A stretch of 64,000 nt of DNA from a virus, in IMG/VR virus record IMGVR_UViG_3300034159_000059; one strand, given 5' to 3'. The notes beneath the pieces were generated by a model. The model was not told the DNA's origin. It did no database searches and was given only the letters and a program-made list of their open reading frames with translations. Below are positions 26,684 through 35,449 of the stretch, piece by piece; position 1 is the first letter of the stretch, and every line of letters begins with the position of its first letter. The translations under genes were made by a program, and so were the position numbers.

Positions 26684-28125
26684 TTGGTAGCAAAGCCTCC
26701 AACGGCGTCTGTGATCGGGGTGCCGTTCCACACGTTTGCGTGAGTGCCGACGGTTGTGCCTACCAGGATCTCTCCGGTAGCCCCTGTGACGGTGGTCGTG
26801 TTGGCAACAGATTTCGAGATACCAGAACCACGAAGGACTGCGATCCCAGCCCCACCATTTCCTGTACCAACGATACCGCCTTGATCAGACAAAACGGACC
26901 TGTCTTCGAGATCGATCCCGTGGCCTGCGTTGTTACTGAGATCCAAATCCATCATTTTCTCGCAAACGGATCCAAGCTGGATTCTTAGCCCAAAGGTCGA
27001 AGAGGAGTAGATACGACCCTTGAGGCCGCTTACCCCTACATGTCTAAAGTCAGAAGTCGGACCGATGTCGATATAGCAACCTTTGGCATCGACAGCGTAC
27101 ATAGAAACGAAAGCTCCTGGACCTAGAAGACGAAGACCGAGACCTCCTGGTCCGCGGAAGAGGAAATACCCAGAAATCATGACGCCGGGACCGGCCGTTT
27201 CCACTCCCCAGGGCCTGTTTGCCGAGGAGTGGATGTATACACCAGATCCACTTACAGCGGCATTTACAAACAGATCATCATCAACCAGTAGCGCCTGCAC
27301 ACCAGCGTTGAATTGGGAGTACGAACTAAACATCAGTGTTCCGTTGGTCGTGAGATCCCATTCCGACAGCAAGGAGTACATCACGGTGCTGGTGGCTACA
27401 TTCATGTAGCCACCAGACATGACGAACTTCACGCCATACGAGGCCCAAGAAAGCCCTGTCAGAATGAGACTCGACGAGATCGTAATCGTAGCGGAGGGCT
27501 TCTCTAGTACGAAGTGATCCCCTACAGCCGGTCTTTTGGAGGCCCCTCCATCAGGAGTCAGCCACTCAAACTGACCTCCGACCGTGTTGCCACGCACCAG
27601 TCTTGTGTACCCGGCTGCTGTGCCGGTCGTCATACGCAGATAGTAGCCAACGTACTGATCAACCGTAGGTGTGAGGGTAGAGTCCGTGATCTGGTATACG
27701 TAGTTGGTCGTGGTGGCGCCGACGGAGGACACTGTCCTCGTCCCCAAACCAGAGTCAGTCAGGGCAGGTCCAACAAGGACGCAGGCTCCTGCCTTTGTTC
27801 CGACTGAAGTCCCGGCGCGCATCGTAAGCGCGGTCACGGCGTAGGAACCAGCGGCCAGCATGATACGACACTTACCTGTGTAGGTTACAGGAAGTAGAGC
27901 TGCCGCAGCACTCAAAGTTTGTACAGGAGAACCTTGAGTCCCTGGGTTGCTGTCCAGGCCGTTCGTCGGATCAACATAGACGTACACATTACGTTGAGTC
28001 GGTCGAAAGTCAGGGGCGGAGATGACTACCGAAGACTCTCCGGAAGGGCTGATCGCCGAGGGAGAGTACACCTGAGCCTGCGTAAAGAGAGGGATCAGGG
28101 CAGTCAGGAGCAGAGTCTTACGCAT
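26680..28125 (-). CDS. Secreted right-handed beta-helix (DUF1565-like) protein, paralog 2
   Basis: MRKTLLLTALIPLFTQAQV signal peptide then VYVDPTNGLDSNPGTQGSPVQTL; AGGAGA RBS before the ATG at 28125. Confidence 0.6.
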   Translation of the reverse strand: MRKTLLLTALIPLFTQAQVYSPSAISPSGESSVVISAPDFRPTQRNVYVYVDPTNGLDSNPGTQGSPVQTLSAAAALLPVTYTGKCRIMLAAGSYAVTALTMRAGTSVGTKAGACVLVGPALTDSGLGTRTVSSVGATTTNYVYQITDSTLTPTVDQYVGYYLRMTTGTAAGYTRLVRGNTVGGQFEWLTPDGGASKRPAVGDHFVLEKPSATITISSSLILTGLSWASYGVKFVMSGGYMNVATSTVMYSLLSEWDLTTNGTLMFSSYSQFNAGVQALLVDDDLFVNAAVSGSGVYIHSSANRPWGVETAGPGVMISGYFLFRGPGGLGLRLLGPGAFVSMYAVDAKGCYIDIGPTSDFRHVGVSGLKGRIYSSSTFGLRIQLGSVCEKMMDLDLSNNAGHGIDLEDRSVLSDQGGIVGTGNGGAGIAVLRGSGISKSVANTTTVTGATGEILVGTTVGTHANVWNGTPITDAVGGFATK

Positions 28126-28135
28126 GCGCCTTCTC

Positions 28136-28585
28136 CTACTGGGAAGTAGACTGCCTGGAGTATGTACCAAGGAGCCGAACCGTCACTCCCCCGCTGCTGA
28201 CGGTGATCCCGTTAGACACTCCCATCACGCGACCTCTTGGAGGAACGCTGTAGCTGTCAGAGACGCAGATGGTTTTTCCGGCACAGCGGGATGGGATGGA
28301 GAAGGATTGAGAGCCTTGGAACCACTTCAAGCTGGAGTCGTAGAAGTAGATATCGATCTGTCCTGCACCAGATAGAGTCTGACCGGTGTCAGAAGTCACG
28401 ATAATGAAGAACGAGAGGAGGTTTGCCGCATCCAGCCCGGCAGTAGCACTGGTAACGCTCGTGGGAGCAGTGCCTGTGAGCGCGGTGTCTATGCTGGTCC
28501 AGTCTCTCTTCCCAAAGTCATCGGGAGAGCCTCCGACGAAGGCAAGGAGGAAGATCGCAGCGATCGAGATGAAGAGCTTCTTCAT
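28136..28585 (-). CDS. Small secreted protein (signal peptide)
   Basis: MKKLFISIAAIFLLAFVGGSP leader; 149 aa, Thr/Ser-rich. Confidence 0.5.
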   Translation of the reverse strand: MKKLFISIAAIFLLAFVGGSPDDFGKRDWTSIDTALTGTAPTSVTSATAGLDAANLLSFFIIVTSDTGQTLSGAGQIDIYFYDSSLKWFQGSQSFSIPSRCAGKTICVSDSYSVPPRGRVMGVSNGITVSSGGVTVRLLGTYSRQSTSQ

Positions 28586-28589
28586 GGCT

Positions 28590-28718
28590 CTACTCCTTGT
28601 AGAGAAGAGTGAACTTGCTGCTGCTGGTGTCGAAGACGAGAGAGACGAAGACGACGGAGTGCGCGTTGAGAAACGTGACAGCTTCCGTCATGGTCCGGAA
28701 GTACTGGGTCTTATACAT
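28590..28718 (-). CDS. 42-aa hypothetical protein (MYKTQYFRTMTEAVTFLNAHSVVFVSLVFDTSSSKFTLLYKE)
   Basis: AGGAGGA RBS 4-5 nt upstream of the ATG; its stop overlaps the RBS of the next gene. Confidence 0.4.
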   Translation of the reverse strand: MYKTQYFRTMTEAVTFLNAHSVVFVSLVFDTSSSKFTLLYKE

Positions 28719-29193
28719 GCTTCCTCCTTCGGAAGACGTTCTTGACGGCCCTGGCTGGTCCGGTGAAGACACCCTTCCCAAACTCTTCCCCTGCCGCGCG
28801 GGCAGCAGGCCTGGTCGCCTTCTCCATCTCTCGTGAGATGGTCTTCTTGAGCATTCTCGTGCTGCTGGGGACGACGGATCCCACTGTGGCGGCCTGGAGT
28901 AGGGAGGGTAGGTATTCCTTCTCGATCCGCTTGTTCCGGAGCTTCTTCGACTCTTCAGGCGTGAGCCGGGCACGCTCGTCAGAAAGGCGCTCGTGCTTCT
29001 CTTTCTTCACAGAGCTGCTGAGGCTTGCGCCAGCACCTGCGGCTCCAAAGAGGGCCGACTTGGGAGCCTTCTCCAGAGCCTTCTTGCCTGCCTTCATGGC
29101 GCGGACCTTGAGACGAGAGACTGGGGTGAAGGTCTTAGCGATCTTCTCCAGTTCATCGAACAGACCGTCGACCAGTTGAGTCTGCATCACCAT
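28711..29193 (-). CDS. Basic hypothetical virion protein with N-terminal LFDELEKIA motif
   Basis: MVMQTQLVDGLFDELEKIAKTF…; Lys/Arg-rich. Confidence 0.5.
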   Translation of the reverse strand: MVMQTQLVDGLFDELEKIAKTFTPVSRLKVRAMKAGKKALEKAPKSALFGAAGAGASLSSSVKKEKHERLSDERARLTPEESKKLRNKRIEKEYLPSLLQAATVGSVVPSSTRMLKKTISREMEKATRPAARAAGEEFGKGVFTGPARAVKNVFRRRKHV

Positions 29194-29750
29194 TCACCGT
29201 AGAAGTTGTTCACGAAGCGGTACTCAGAATGGATGCCGCCTCCCCAAGCACTCTCGATGTTGTAGGCCACCTTGAGGCGCTGCTTCTTCTCCTCGTAGGT
29301 GTTTCGAAAGAGCTGGATCCAGCTCTGGATGAAGGGAGTCTTGTCGTTGATGCCGACCTGAATCCCTCCATCCGAGAACTGAAGATGGTTGCGTGTCTGA
29401 AGCAGACCTACTGATTCGAGCAGGCAGATGACTGTGGCCCGCACTAGAAGATGGCGCGATGGGAAGTTCCCGATGGTGTGTCTCGTGAAAGGAGGAGTGG
29501 TGTTCCAGTCATCGAGAGCATCGAGGATGGCCCAGACGATCTGTCGGTTCGAGCTCTCTTCACCCGCGATGAGCCGGTTCAGCTCTGCGTAGTCGCGGGT
29601 GAAGAGACGAACCTGGTTCACGAAGTTGTTGAGCTCCAACTCCGCATCTGGAACCTGTGCTTTCTCGATGGGCGTGAGAGAAGGAGTGGGAAGCCTGTCA
29701 CCGGCACCCATGTACCCCGCACCGCTTGGGAGCTTCTCATAGTCGTCCAT
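29187..29750 (-). CDS. Hypothetical structural (neck/head-completion region) protein
   Basis: 187-aa ORF. Confidence 0.5.
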   Translation of the reverse strand: MDDYEKLPSGAGYMGAGDRLPTPSLTPIEKAQVPDAELELNNFVNQVRLFTRDYAELNRLIAGEESSNRQIVWAILDALDDWNTTPPFTRHTIGNFPSRHLLVRATVICLLESVGLLQTRNHLQFSDGGIQVGINDKTPFIQSWIQLFRNTYEEKKQRLKVAYNIESAWGGGIHSEYRFVNNFYGEW

Positions 29751-29759
29751 CAGCGACTC

Positions 29760-30053
29760 CTACTTGCGCTTGGGCTGCTGATTCTTCTTCTCGACAGGAC
29801 CCTCGTCGCTTGTGGAGAACGTGACGAAGTCCACCGGCTGAGCTTGGTAGGTACGTGGAGGCGCAAGAACTCGGTGTTCGAGGTTCCACCAATCTGGGAG
29901 CCTCCCAAAAGCCAGGACCTTCTTGTCTGCGAGCCGCTGGTCTGCTTTTGGGATGAACTTGTCGAGCTCCGGGACTTCGATCACTCCCCCGTTCGAAGGG
30001 ATGAGCTTCTTGTGGAAGTCGAGGACGCTGTCCGTGAGGTTGAAGACCTTCAT
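29760..30053 (-). CDS. Hypothetical protein
   Basis: 97-aa ORF. Confidence 0.45.
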   Translation of the reverse strand: MKVFNLTDSVLDFHKKLIPSNGGVIEVPELDKFIPKADQRLADKKVLAFGRLPDWWNLEHRVLAPPRTYQAQPVDFVTFSTSDEGPVEKKNQQPKRK

Positions 30054-30472
30054 GAATCCTCCCGCGATTCGAAGTCTGACGGCGGTTCTTCCGCCGCCGA
30101 GGAGGGAGGCAGAGCCTCCGACTCCTCTTGCGAGCCAGGAGAGCTTGCAGGGCTCTTCGGCGGCTCGTCCCCGGGCTTCAAAACGGATGCCTCCTTGCTG
30201 GTGACGAAGCGTCGCGCCATCATGTGGCTGAGCTTCGTTATCTCTCCCTCTTCGCCGATGACGTAGAGCTCGATGGACTCCGAGCGGAGGAGTTTGAGAA
30301 GCGTCGACCGATGACGAGCGAACTCGTCCTCGGTGAGTTTGCGTGCTCCCAGCCCTCGACGAAGGACCTTCCCTAGGACCAGGGGCTCTTCCGCGAACTG
30401 CCCTGACTGCCTTTGAGCAGCAGTCAGGGGACGCTTGTCGTGGAACCCTCTCCGGATCTCGAAGTGCATCAT
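30050..30472 (-). CDS. Hypothetical protein with an acidic Pro/Ser-rich tail
   Basis: 140-aa ORF. Confidence 0.45.
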   Translation of the reverse strand: MMHFEIRRGFHDKRPLTAAQRQSGQFAEEPLVLGKVLRRGLGARKLTEDEFARHRSTLLKLLRSESIELYVIGEEGEITKLSHMMARRFVTSKEASVLKPGDEPPKSPASSPGSQEESEALPPSSAAEEPPSDFESREDS

Positions 30473-30479
30473 CGTCCTC

Positions 30480-30713
30480 TCACACCTTCTGCTGGACTTC
30501 CGTCGCGGTCTTCTGGACGCCCTTGAGGACCTTGTCGATCTCCCAGGCGGCGACGAAGAAGTAGACCGCCACTCCCACGGCCAACGCGAGGGCGGCCTTC
30601 ACGATGGTGGAGGAGAGGATGAGCGTGAGCAACATCGGGACGAAGGTGAGGACGAGGTAGACCACAACCGCAGACACGGCTGCGGCGATGAGCTTCTTGA
30701 GATTCGGGGACAT
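30480..30713 (-). CDS. Small two-TM membrane protein (holin-like topology)
   Basis: 77 aa with two hydrophobic helices and a charged C-terminus. Confidence 0.45.
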   Translation of the reverse strand: MSPNLKKLIAAAVSAVVVYLVLTFVPMLLTLILSSTIVKAALALAVGVAVYFFVAAWEIDKVLKGVQKTATEVQQKV

Positions 30714-30855
30714 GAAGCAACCTCCAGATGGTTAGGGTACAGACTGCGCGATTGTGAGAGTAGCGCGTTCCGGCCTTGGTGGGAAAAGACAACCTGAAAG
30801 AAGAACGGCCTGGTCAAAGAAGACCAGGCCGTCCGCAGGTCCCCGCTGGGCCAGC

Positions 30856-32037
30856 TTAGAACTGGCTGACGTTCGGGTACTTCAGGCCCTGGTCGACCTT
30901 GTTGTTCACCGGGGCGAAGAGCGGGTCGCTCTCGTCCACCGGGATCTCGGCGCCGTAGCCAGTGTCGGTCAGGCCCGGGGTCACCGAAGCGGAGTAGAGC
31001 TCCAGCTTCACGATGGCGGCCACGTTGCCGATTCCGATGCCGATGTCCTCCCAGCTCTGCCAGGTGATCAGGTTCGCGATCTTGTCGATGTAGAACTTGA
31101 CCTGGTTGAGGACGTAGCTGCGGCCCAGGAACCCCGGCGCGGTGAAGCAGTAGATGTTGCCCTCGCGCAGGATCTCCGTCTTGATCGTCCGGATGTACTT
31201 CAGGCCGGTGATGTTGTCGCTCTTCCAGCCCTCGGTCGAGGTCTCTCCGGCGATCGTCATGCCGACGTCCTGGATGGTCCAGGAGCTCACCTCGTCGAAG
31301 TCGGGCTCGGTCATGAGCATCCGCTCCGCACGGAGGTGCCGGCGGTGGAGCAGCTTCTTCAGCTTGATGAAGTCGGTCTTGAGGACCGGGTAGATCGAGA
31401 AGTCGTCCGCGCCGTTGTTCAGCGAGGCCTGGAGAGCGCCTTCACCCTTCACGATCGAAGAGCTGATCACCGCGCTGGCGTTGACGTTGGTGGCGCTGAA
31501 CTTGATCGCGGCACCAAGGGTCTGCGCCTGCGCCTGGAAGGCCTGGACAGCGGCCTCGGTGAAGAGCAGGAAGGTCCTATCCTCGACGGCCTGGATGTCC
31601 TTCACCGTGTTCTCTTCGATGATCTTGGTGATGGGCATCTCGTAGGCCAGAAGCTCCTGCTCGTACTTCTCGAACTTCTCGCTGGAGATCGTGAAGAAGG
31701 GGATCTCGTAGCGGGGCGCCCGAATGAGCCGAGCCGTGGGCTGACCACGGAAGGTCATCGCCATGGCGCGCGAGTTGGGCTCGATGTCCACGATCTTCAC
31801 GAGCGTGTCGTGGTTGACCGAGCGCTGGCACTCAGACCGCTGCACCGGCTGAGGTGGGATCACCTTCTTGTGGAACGACACTTCACGCAGACGGTCTCGG
31901 ATGTAGTTCCCGCCGAACTCGGCGATCTTGTCCTTGGCCTCTTGCGTGGCGACCTTCTCGAAGAAGAGGTCGTTGAGGGCTTTCTGGGGAATCATTCTGG
32001 TCTCCTGTTTTGTCGAAAGAGTTGAAGGTCTCTTCAC
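30856..32037 (-). CDS. Putative major capsid protein
   Basis: 393-aa ORF downstream of scaffold-like acidic/coiled-coil genes; size and position fit an HK97-fold MCP; no motif-level proof. Confidence 0.5.
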   Translation of the reverse strand: MKRPSTLSTKQETRMIPQKALNDLFFEKVATQEAKDKIAEFGGNYIRDRLREVSFHKKVIPPQPVQRSECQRSVNHDTLVKIVDIEPNSRAMAMTFRGQPTARLIRAPRYEIPFFTISSEKFEKYEQELLAYEMPITKIIEENTVKDIQAVEDRTFLLFTEAAVQAFQAQAQTLGAAIKFSATNVNASAVISSSIVKGEGALQASLNNGADDFSIYPVLKTDFIKLKKLLHRRHLRAERMLMTEPDFDEVSSWTIQDVGMTIAGETSTEGWKSDNITGLKYIRTIKTEILREGNIYCFTAPGFLGRSYVLNQVKFYIDKIANLITWQSWEDIGIGIGNVAAIVKLELYSASVTPGLTDTGYGAEIPVDESDPLFAPVNNKVDQGLKYPNVSQF

Positions 32038-32040
32038 CCG

Positions 32041-32529
32041 TTACGGCAGGATGAAGTTCGACAGGTGGAGGAACCGGAGCATCCCGACTCCCGTCGCTGT
32101 CGTACCCGGAAGCTTCGTGACGAAGCCCACCACCGCCTTGCCCGAGACGGCCTTGATGAGGCCGCGCCGAGTGATGCCGCCAGCGTCGGTGATGTTGGTG
32201 ACCTCCAGGGAGTCGCCGATGCCGAGACCGGTGAGATCACCGTGGACGAGAGTCTCCGCCTCGTAGGGGCCGGCGAAGAGGACGGTGGCCTTCTGGATGG
32301 CCTGGGTGTCGTACCGGCCGCGCTCGGTGTGGATCGGGAACATGGCCAGCGTGGTTGCCGGGCTGGTCGAGCCACGAACCAGAGCGTAGTCGGAGTTGAG
32401 CTCCAGCCATTCTCCTTCGACGAGAGGCTGCGAGTCGAGAGGGTTGAGGATGCCCGGAACCGCGAGGGGGAAGTCCCTGCGGAGGGTGACCTGGAGCTCA
32501 GTGATCAGGGTGAAGTTCGGTGCTGGCAT
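32041..32529 (-). CDS. Hypothetical head protein (decoration or auxiliary)
   Basis: 162-aa ORF immediately upstream of the putative MCP. Confidence 0.5.
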   Translation of the reverse strand: MPAPNFTLITELQVTLRRDFPLAVPGILNPLDSQPLVEGEWLELNSDYALVRGSTSPATTLAMFPIHTERGRYDTQAIQKATVLFAGPYEAETLVHGDLTGLGIGDSLEVTNITDAGGITRRGLIKAVSGKAVVGFVTKLPGTTATGVGMLRFLHLSNFILP

Positions 32530-32573
32530 TGCGTCTCTCTCCTTGAAGGGTTGTGTGAAGTGCTACTTGCTGC

Positions 32574-32972
32574 TCATCCCAGTGAGGCGAGGTTGGCGGC
32601 GAACTGCTGTGTGGCGCGATCTGCTGCTGCATCGCCGCTGCTCTCGACCTCGACATCGTTCTCGTGCAGCGAAGCAAGCTTCGTCTGCGGGGCGGTGAGG
32701 CTCAGGGCCTCCTCGACCACATCCAGGTTCGGGCGCTCCAGGATGTCGGAGACCTTCTGGATGTAGGACATCTCGGAGTTGATTCCCTTCTCCTCCATGA
32801 CCTGTGCGAGCTTTTCCGCTCGCGTCTTCTTCTCGAAAGACGCGACCTTCTCCTTGAGGGAGTCGACCTCGCTCCGGAGAGACACGTTCTCTTTCGAGAG
32901 ATCGCGGAGTGCCGCACTCGCCACCTTGGTGAGGTTGGCGACTTCGATGTTGCTGATCTGCTCGGCGGGCAT
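32574..32972 (-). CDS. Coiled-coil protein (scaffold-like)
   Basis: ATG at 32972 with AGGAGAG RBS; heptad-rich EVDSLKEKVASFEKKTRAEKLAQVMEE. Confidence 0.45.
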   Translation of the reverse strand: MPAEQISNIEVANLTKVASAALRDLSKENVSLRSEVDSLKEKVASFEKKTRAEKLAQVMEEKGINSEMSYIQKVSDILERPNLDVVEEALSLTAPQTKLASLHENDVEVESSGDAAADRATQQFAANLASLG

Positions 32973-32983
32973 CGTCTCTCTCC

Positions 32984-34087
32984 TTACACCGTGGTCTTGT
33001 CTGCGACGGTGGACTGCTTCTTCTTCATTGCTGCTGTCATCTTGCAGTGCCGGCACGTACCGGCATCGCTGCACGTGCAGCCCTCCTCGGCAATCTTCGC
33101 GAGGAACGCCTTTGCCACTGCTGCTGCGATCTTCACGCCTCCCTTCGAGGCGCTACGCAGGTTCTCCTGCACCTTCGAATCGTGAGCCGCGGACATGGCC
33201 GGCTCGGTGAGGACTTCGGCCAGCTCCTTCTTCCGAGGCGCCTTGGCTTCCCGCTTGGTGGCGGCCTTGGGCGCGGCGTTGGAGCTGATGAGCTGTCGTC
33301 CCGGGTTCGACGGCACTGGAGCGGTGCTGGAAAGAGTCTCTCCACCCTGCTTGTGCTCGCCACCCAGATGCGCAGCCTCAGAGATCTTCGCGAGGATGTA
33401 CTCGGCAGCTTCGGACGAGGACTTCTTCTCCTTGTTGTCCTTCTCTTCCTTCTTCTCGTCCTTCTTGCCCTTCTCATCCTTCCCGAAGCCGCCGGCCATC
33501 TTCTCGACCTCCTCCTTCAGGAGGTCGACGCCTGCCTTCTTCCGGAGGATGTCCGCCGGCTGCTTCTGATGCAGGTAGGCCGGGCTCTTCTCGTCGGTGG
33601 CGACAGCGTTGGCGGGCGCACCCTTTGCGTCCGAGGGTTTCTCGGAGCCGGTCTGCATGGGGATGTTGTGGGACTTGGACTTGTCCTTCTTGTAGGGCTG
33701 AGTGCCTCCGACCGGCCGTCCTGTCTGGAGCACTTCCCCGCCCTGATGAACCTCTTTGCCCAGCTCGACCGAGTCCGCGAGCTTCTCGGAGGCGTAGTCG
33801 AGTGCGGCAGCGAGCTTCTCGACCTCTTCCGGATCGGCAGGATCGATGACCGAAGAGCACTTCTCCTTCTCTTCCTCTTCTTCCTTGGCCGAGGGGATGT
33901 GGCCGCCGTGCTCCTTCTTCTCGTAGGCCACGAGCTTCTTCACCTTCTCCTTGTCATCGCCCTTCTTCTCTTCCTTCTCCGCAGCCGCGAGCTTCATCTT
34001 CTCACGAGCCGCCTCGATGGTCTGAGCGACCACGTCCTGGAGAGGCAGGGCCACACCGGCGAGCTTGTTCTTCATCTCCGTCTCCAT
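32984..34087 (-). CDS. Lys/Glu-rich low-complexity protein with internal ILAKI(S/A)E repeats (scaffold/internal protein candidate)
   Basis: 367 aa; …AAEYILAKISEAAHLGG… and …VAKAFLAKIAEEGC… resemble the FDELEKIA motif. Confidence 0.5.
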   Translation of the reverse strand: METEMKNKLAGVALPLQDVVAQTIEAAREKMKLAAAEKEEKKGDDKEKVKKLVAYEKKEHGGHIPSAKEEEEEKEKCSSVIDPADPEEVEKLAAALDYASEKLADSVELGKEVHQGGEVLQTGRPVGGTQPYKKDKSKSHNIPMQTGSEKPSDAKGAPANAVATDEKSPAYLHQKQPADILRKKAGVDLLKEEVEKMAGGFGKDEKGKKDEKKEEKDNKEKKSSSEAAEYILAKISEAAHLGGEHKQGGETLSSTAPVPSNPGRQLISSNAAPKAATKREAKAPRKKELAEVLTEPAMSAAHDSKVQENLRSASKGGVKIAAAVAKAFLAKIAEEGCTCSDAGTCRHCKMTAAMKKKQSTVADKTTV

Positions 34088-34546
34088 CTAGATGGCCCCC
34101 GCGGCTGTCGCGAGGGGAGGGGGTAGCGAGTTCTGTGGCGACATCTTCACCGCCGGCATGTCCATACGGGGCTTCGAGTACGACGCTTGCTTCATCGAGG
34201 GGCTCAGCCTTGGGAGCGCCTTTGTAACGGTGGAGATCGTAGCGGGTTGCATGGGACCGGCTCCGGCTGCGATCTTCAAGAGCTCGTCTTCGAACCCTTT
34301 CCACATGACCAAGTCGATTGCGCTCGACTTGGTCATGTGGCCGGGGTCCGCCTTCTGCTCATAGGTGGACTTCGGCTCGTCGTACTTCTTCTTCGCAGCT
34401 TTCCGTCCTTCCACAGTGCCGTAGCCGGACGGAGTGTGTCCTGTAGCGTGAGACTGTTGAGTCGCAATGGCGAACGCAGTGCTCTTATTCATGGCCGGGT
34501 TCTTGGCCATGATGTGCTCAGCGCGGTTGTGAATCCACTGCGGCAT
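34088..34546 (-). CDS. Hypothetical protein with an internal GFEDELLKIAAGAG motif
   Basis: 152-aa ORF. Confidence 0.45.
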   Translation of the reverse strand: MPQWIHNRAEHIMAKNPAMNKSTAFAIATQQSHATGHTPSGYGTVEGRKAAKKKYDEPKSTYEQKADPGHMTKSSAIDLVMWKGFEDELLKIAAGAGPMQPATISTVTKALPRLSPSMKQASYSKPRMDMPAVKMSPQNSLPPPLATAAGAI

Positions 34547-34625
34547 CGTGTTCCTTGAAGTGAGCGCTCAGAGAGGGGGGCAGAAAGGAATGGGAGGTCC
34601 TCCCTGAGCGCCCGGGGAAGGAGAG

Positions 34626-35420
34626 CTACTTGCTCTCCTCAGTCTGCTCGTCCTTGAACTGGTAGCCGGCCGTCTCCAGCATCTCGGTGGCTCGCTGCTC
34701 GACCGCAGCCTCCAGCTTCGCGCGCTGCTCGTCGCTGGCGCTGACCTTCTCCTGCTCCGGCTCCTTCTGGTCGGCGGTCGGATCGATCCCGTTCGCCTTC
34801 AGGATCTCCAGAGCCCGACGCTCGGCGAGGACATCGAGTGCGCTGGCTGACGGCTCTTCCGCGGACGACTGCTTCTTCTTGCTCATGCGGCCAGCAGCGA
34901 AGCCAGCGGCGCCGGCAGCACCGGCCGAGTACTTCTTGCCATGCGCCTTGAGGTGCGCGCCGACCTTGCCGCCCACTTCCTTCGCCCCGCCCTTGATGGC
35001 CTCGAACCGGCCAGCGGTCTTCTCTTGCTCCGCAGCACCGATGTTCCGGAGCTCCTGAGCGTAGGCATGGGCCATCACGCGGCCCAGGTAGTCGGCCTCG
35101 GCGAGCTTCTCCTTCGCCTCGGAGACCTTCTCCTGCCCCTCTTCCTCTTCTTCGCCCTGAGCGGCCTTGGCAGGCTCCTCTTCCTCGGGCTCTTCGACGG
35201 CGGCCTGGTCATCGCCGTCCTCGTCAGCCAGAACCTGCTTCGCGAGCTCTTCGGCCTCTTCGTCGGACATCGCGGCCGGATCGATCTCGCCGTCAGCAGC
35301 CAGCTTCTCTGCGAGCTCGGCCTGGGCCAGCTTCTCGACGTCACCCTCGTCCTGGTTGGTGTGGTAGATCTCGGCGAGTCTCTCGTCCATCGGCATGTCT
35401 TCTTCTCCTTCAGCTTTCAA
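34626..35420 (-). CDS. Highly acidic protein (scaffold-like)
   Basis: 264 aa; runs of E/D (EEPEEEEPAKAAQGEEEEEGQEK). Confidence 0.5.
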   Translation of the reverse strand: MKAEGEEDMPMDERLAEIYHTNQDEGDVEKLAQAELAEKLAADGEIDPAAMSDEEAEELAKQVLADEDGDDQAAVEEPEEEEPAKAAQGEEEEEGQEKVSEAKEKLAEADYLGRVMAHAYAQELRNIGAAEQEKTAGRFEAIKGGAKEVGGKVGAHLKAHGKKYSAGAAGAAGFAAGRMSKKKQSSAEEPSASALDVLAERRALEILKANGIDPTADQKEPEQEKVSASDEQRAKLEAAVEQRATEMLETAGYQFKDEQTEESK

Positions 35421-35449
35421 GGTGAGGGCCGTCTTCGAGGCTTTGGCCT

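Noticed and set aside
25202-28170. N-terminal extensions of the two beta-helix genes (MERHPDHRRRW…, MVHTPGSLLPSRRRRM…)
   Set aside because: The extensions overlap the upstream gene and are Arg-rich; internal ATGs are followed by a signal-peptide-like segment and preceded by an RBS
30754-32025. Long + strand ORFs lying antisense to well-supported minus-strand genes (e.g. 30754..32025, 33047..34126, 48067..49008, 59487..60482, 16435..17136, 18024..18860)
   Set aside because: Arg/Gly/Leu/Asp-rich low-complexity translations typical of antisense frames in GC-rich DNA; each overlaps a gene with clear homology or better protein-like composition
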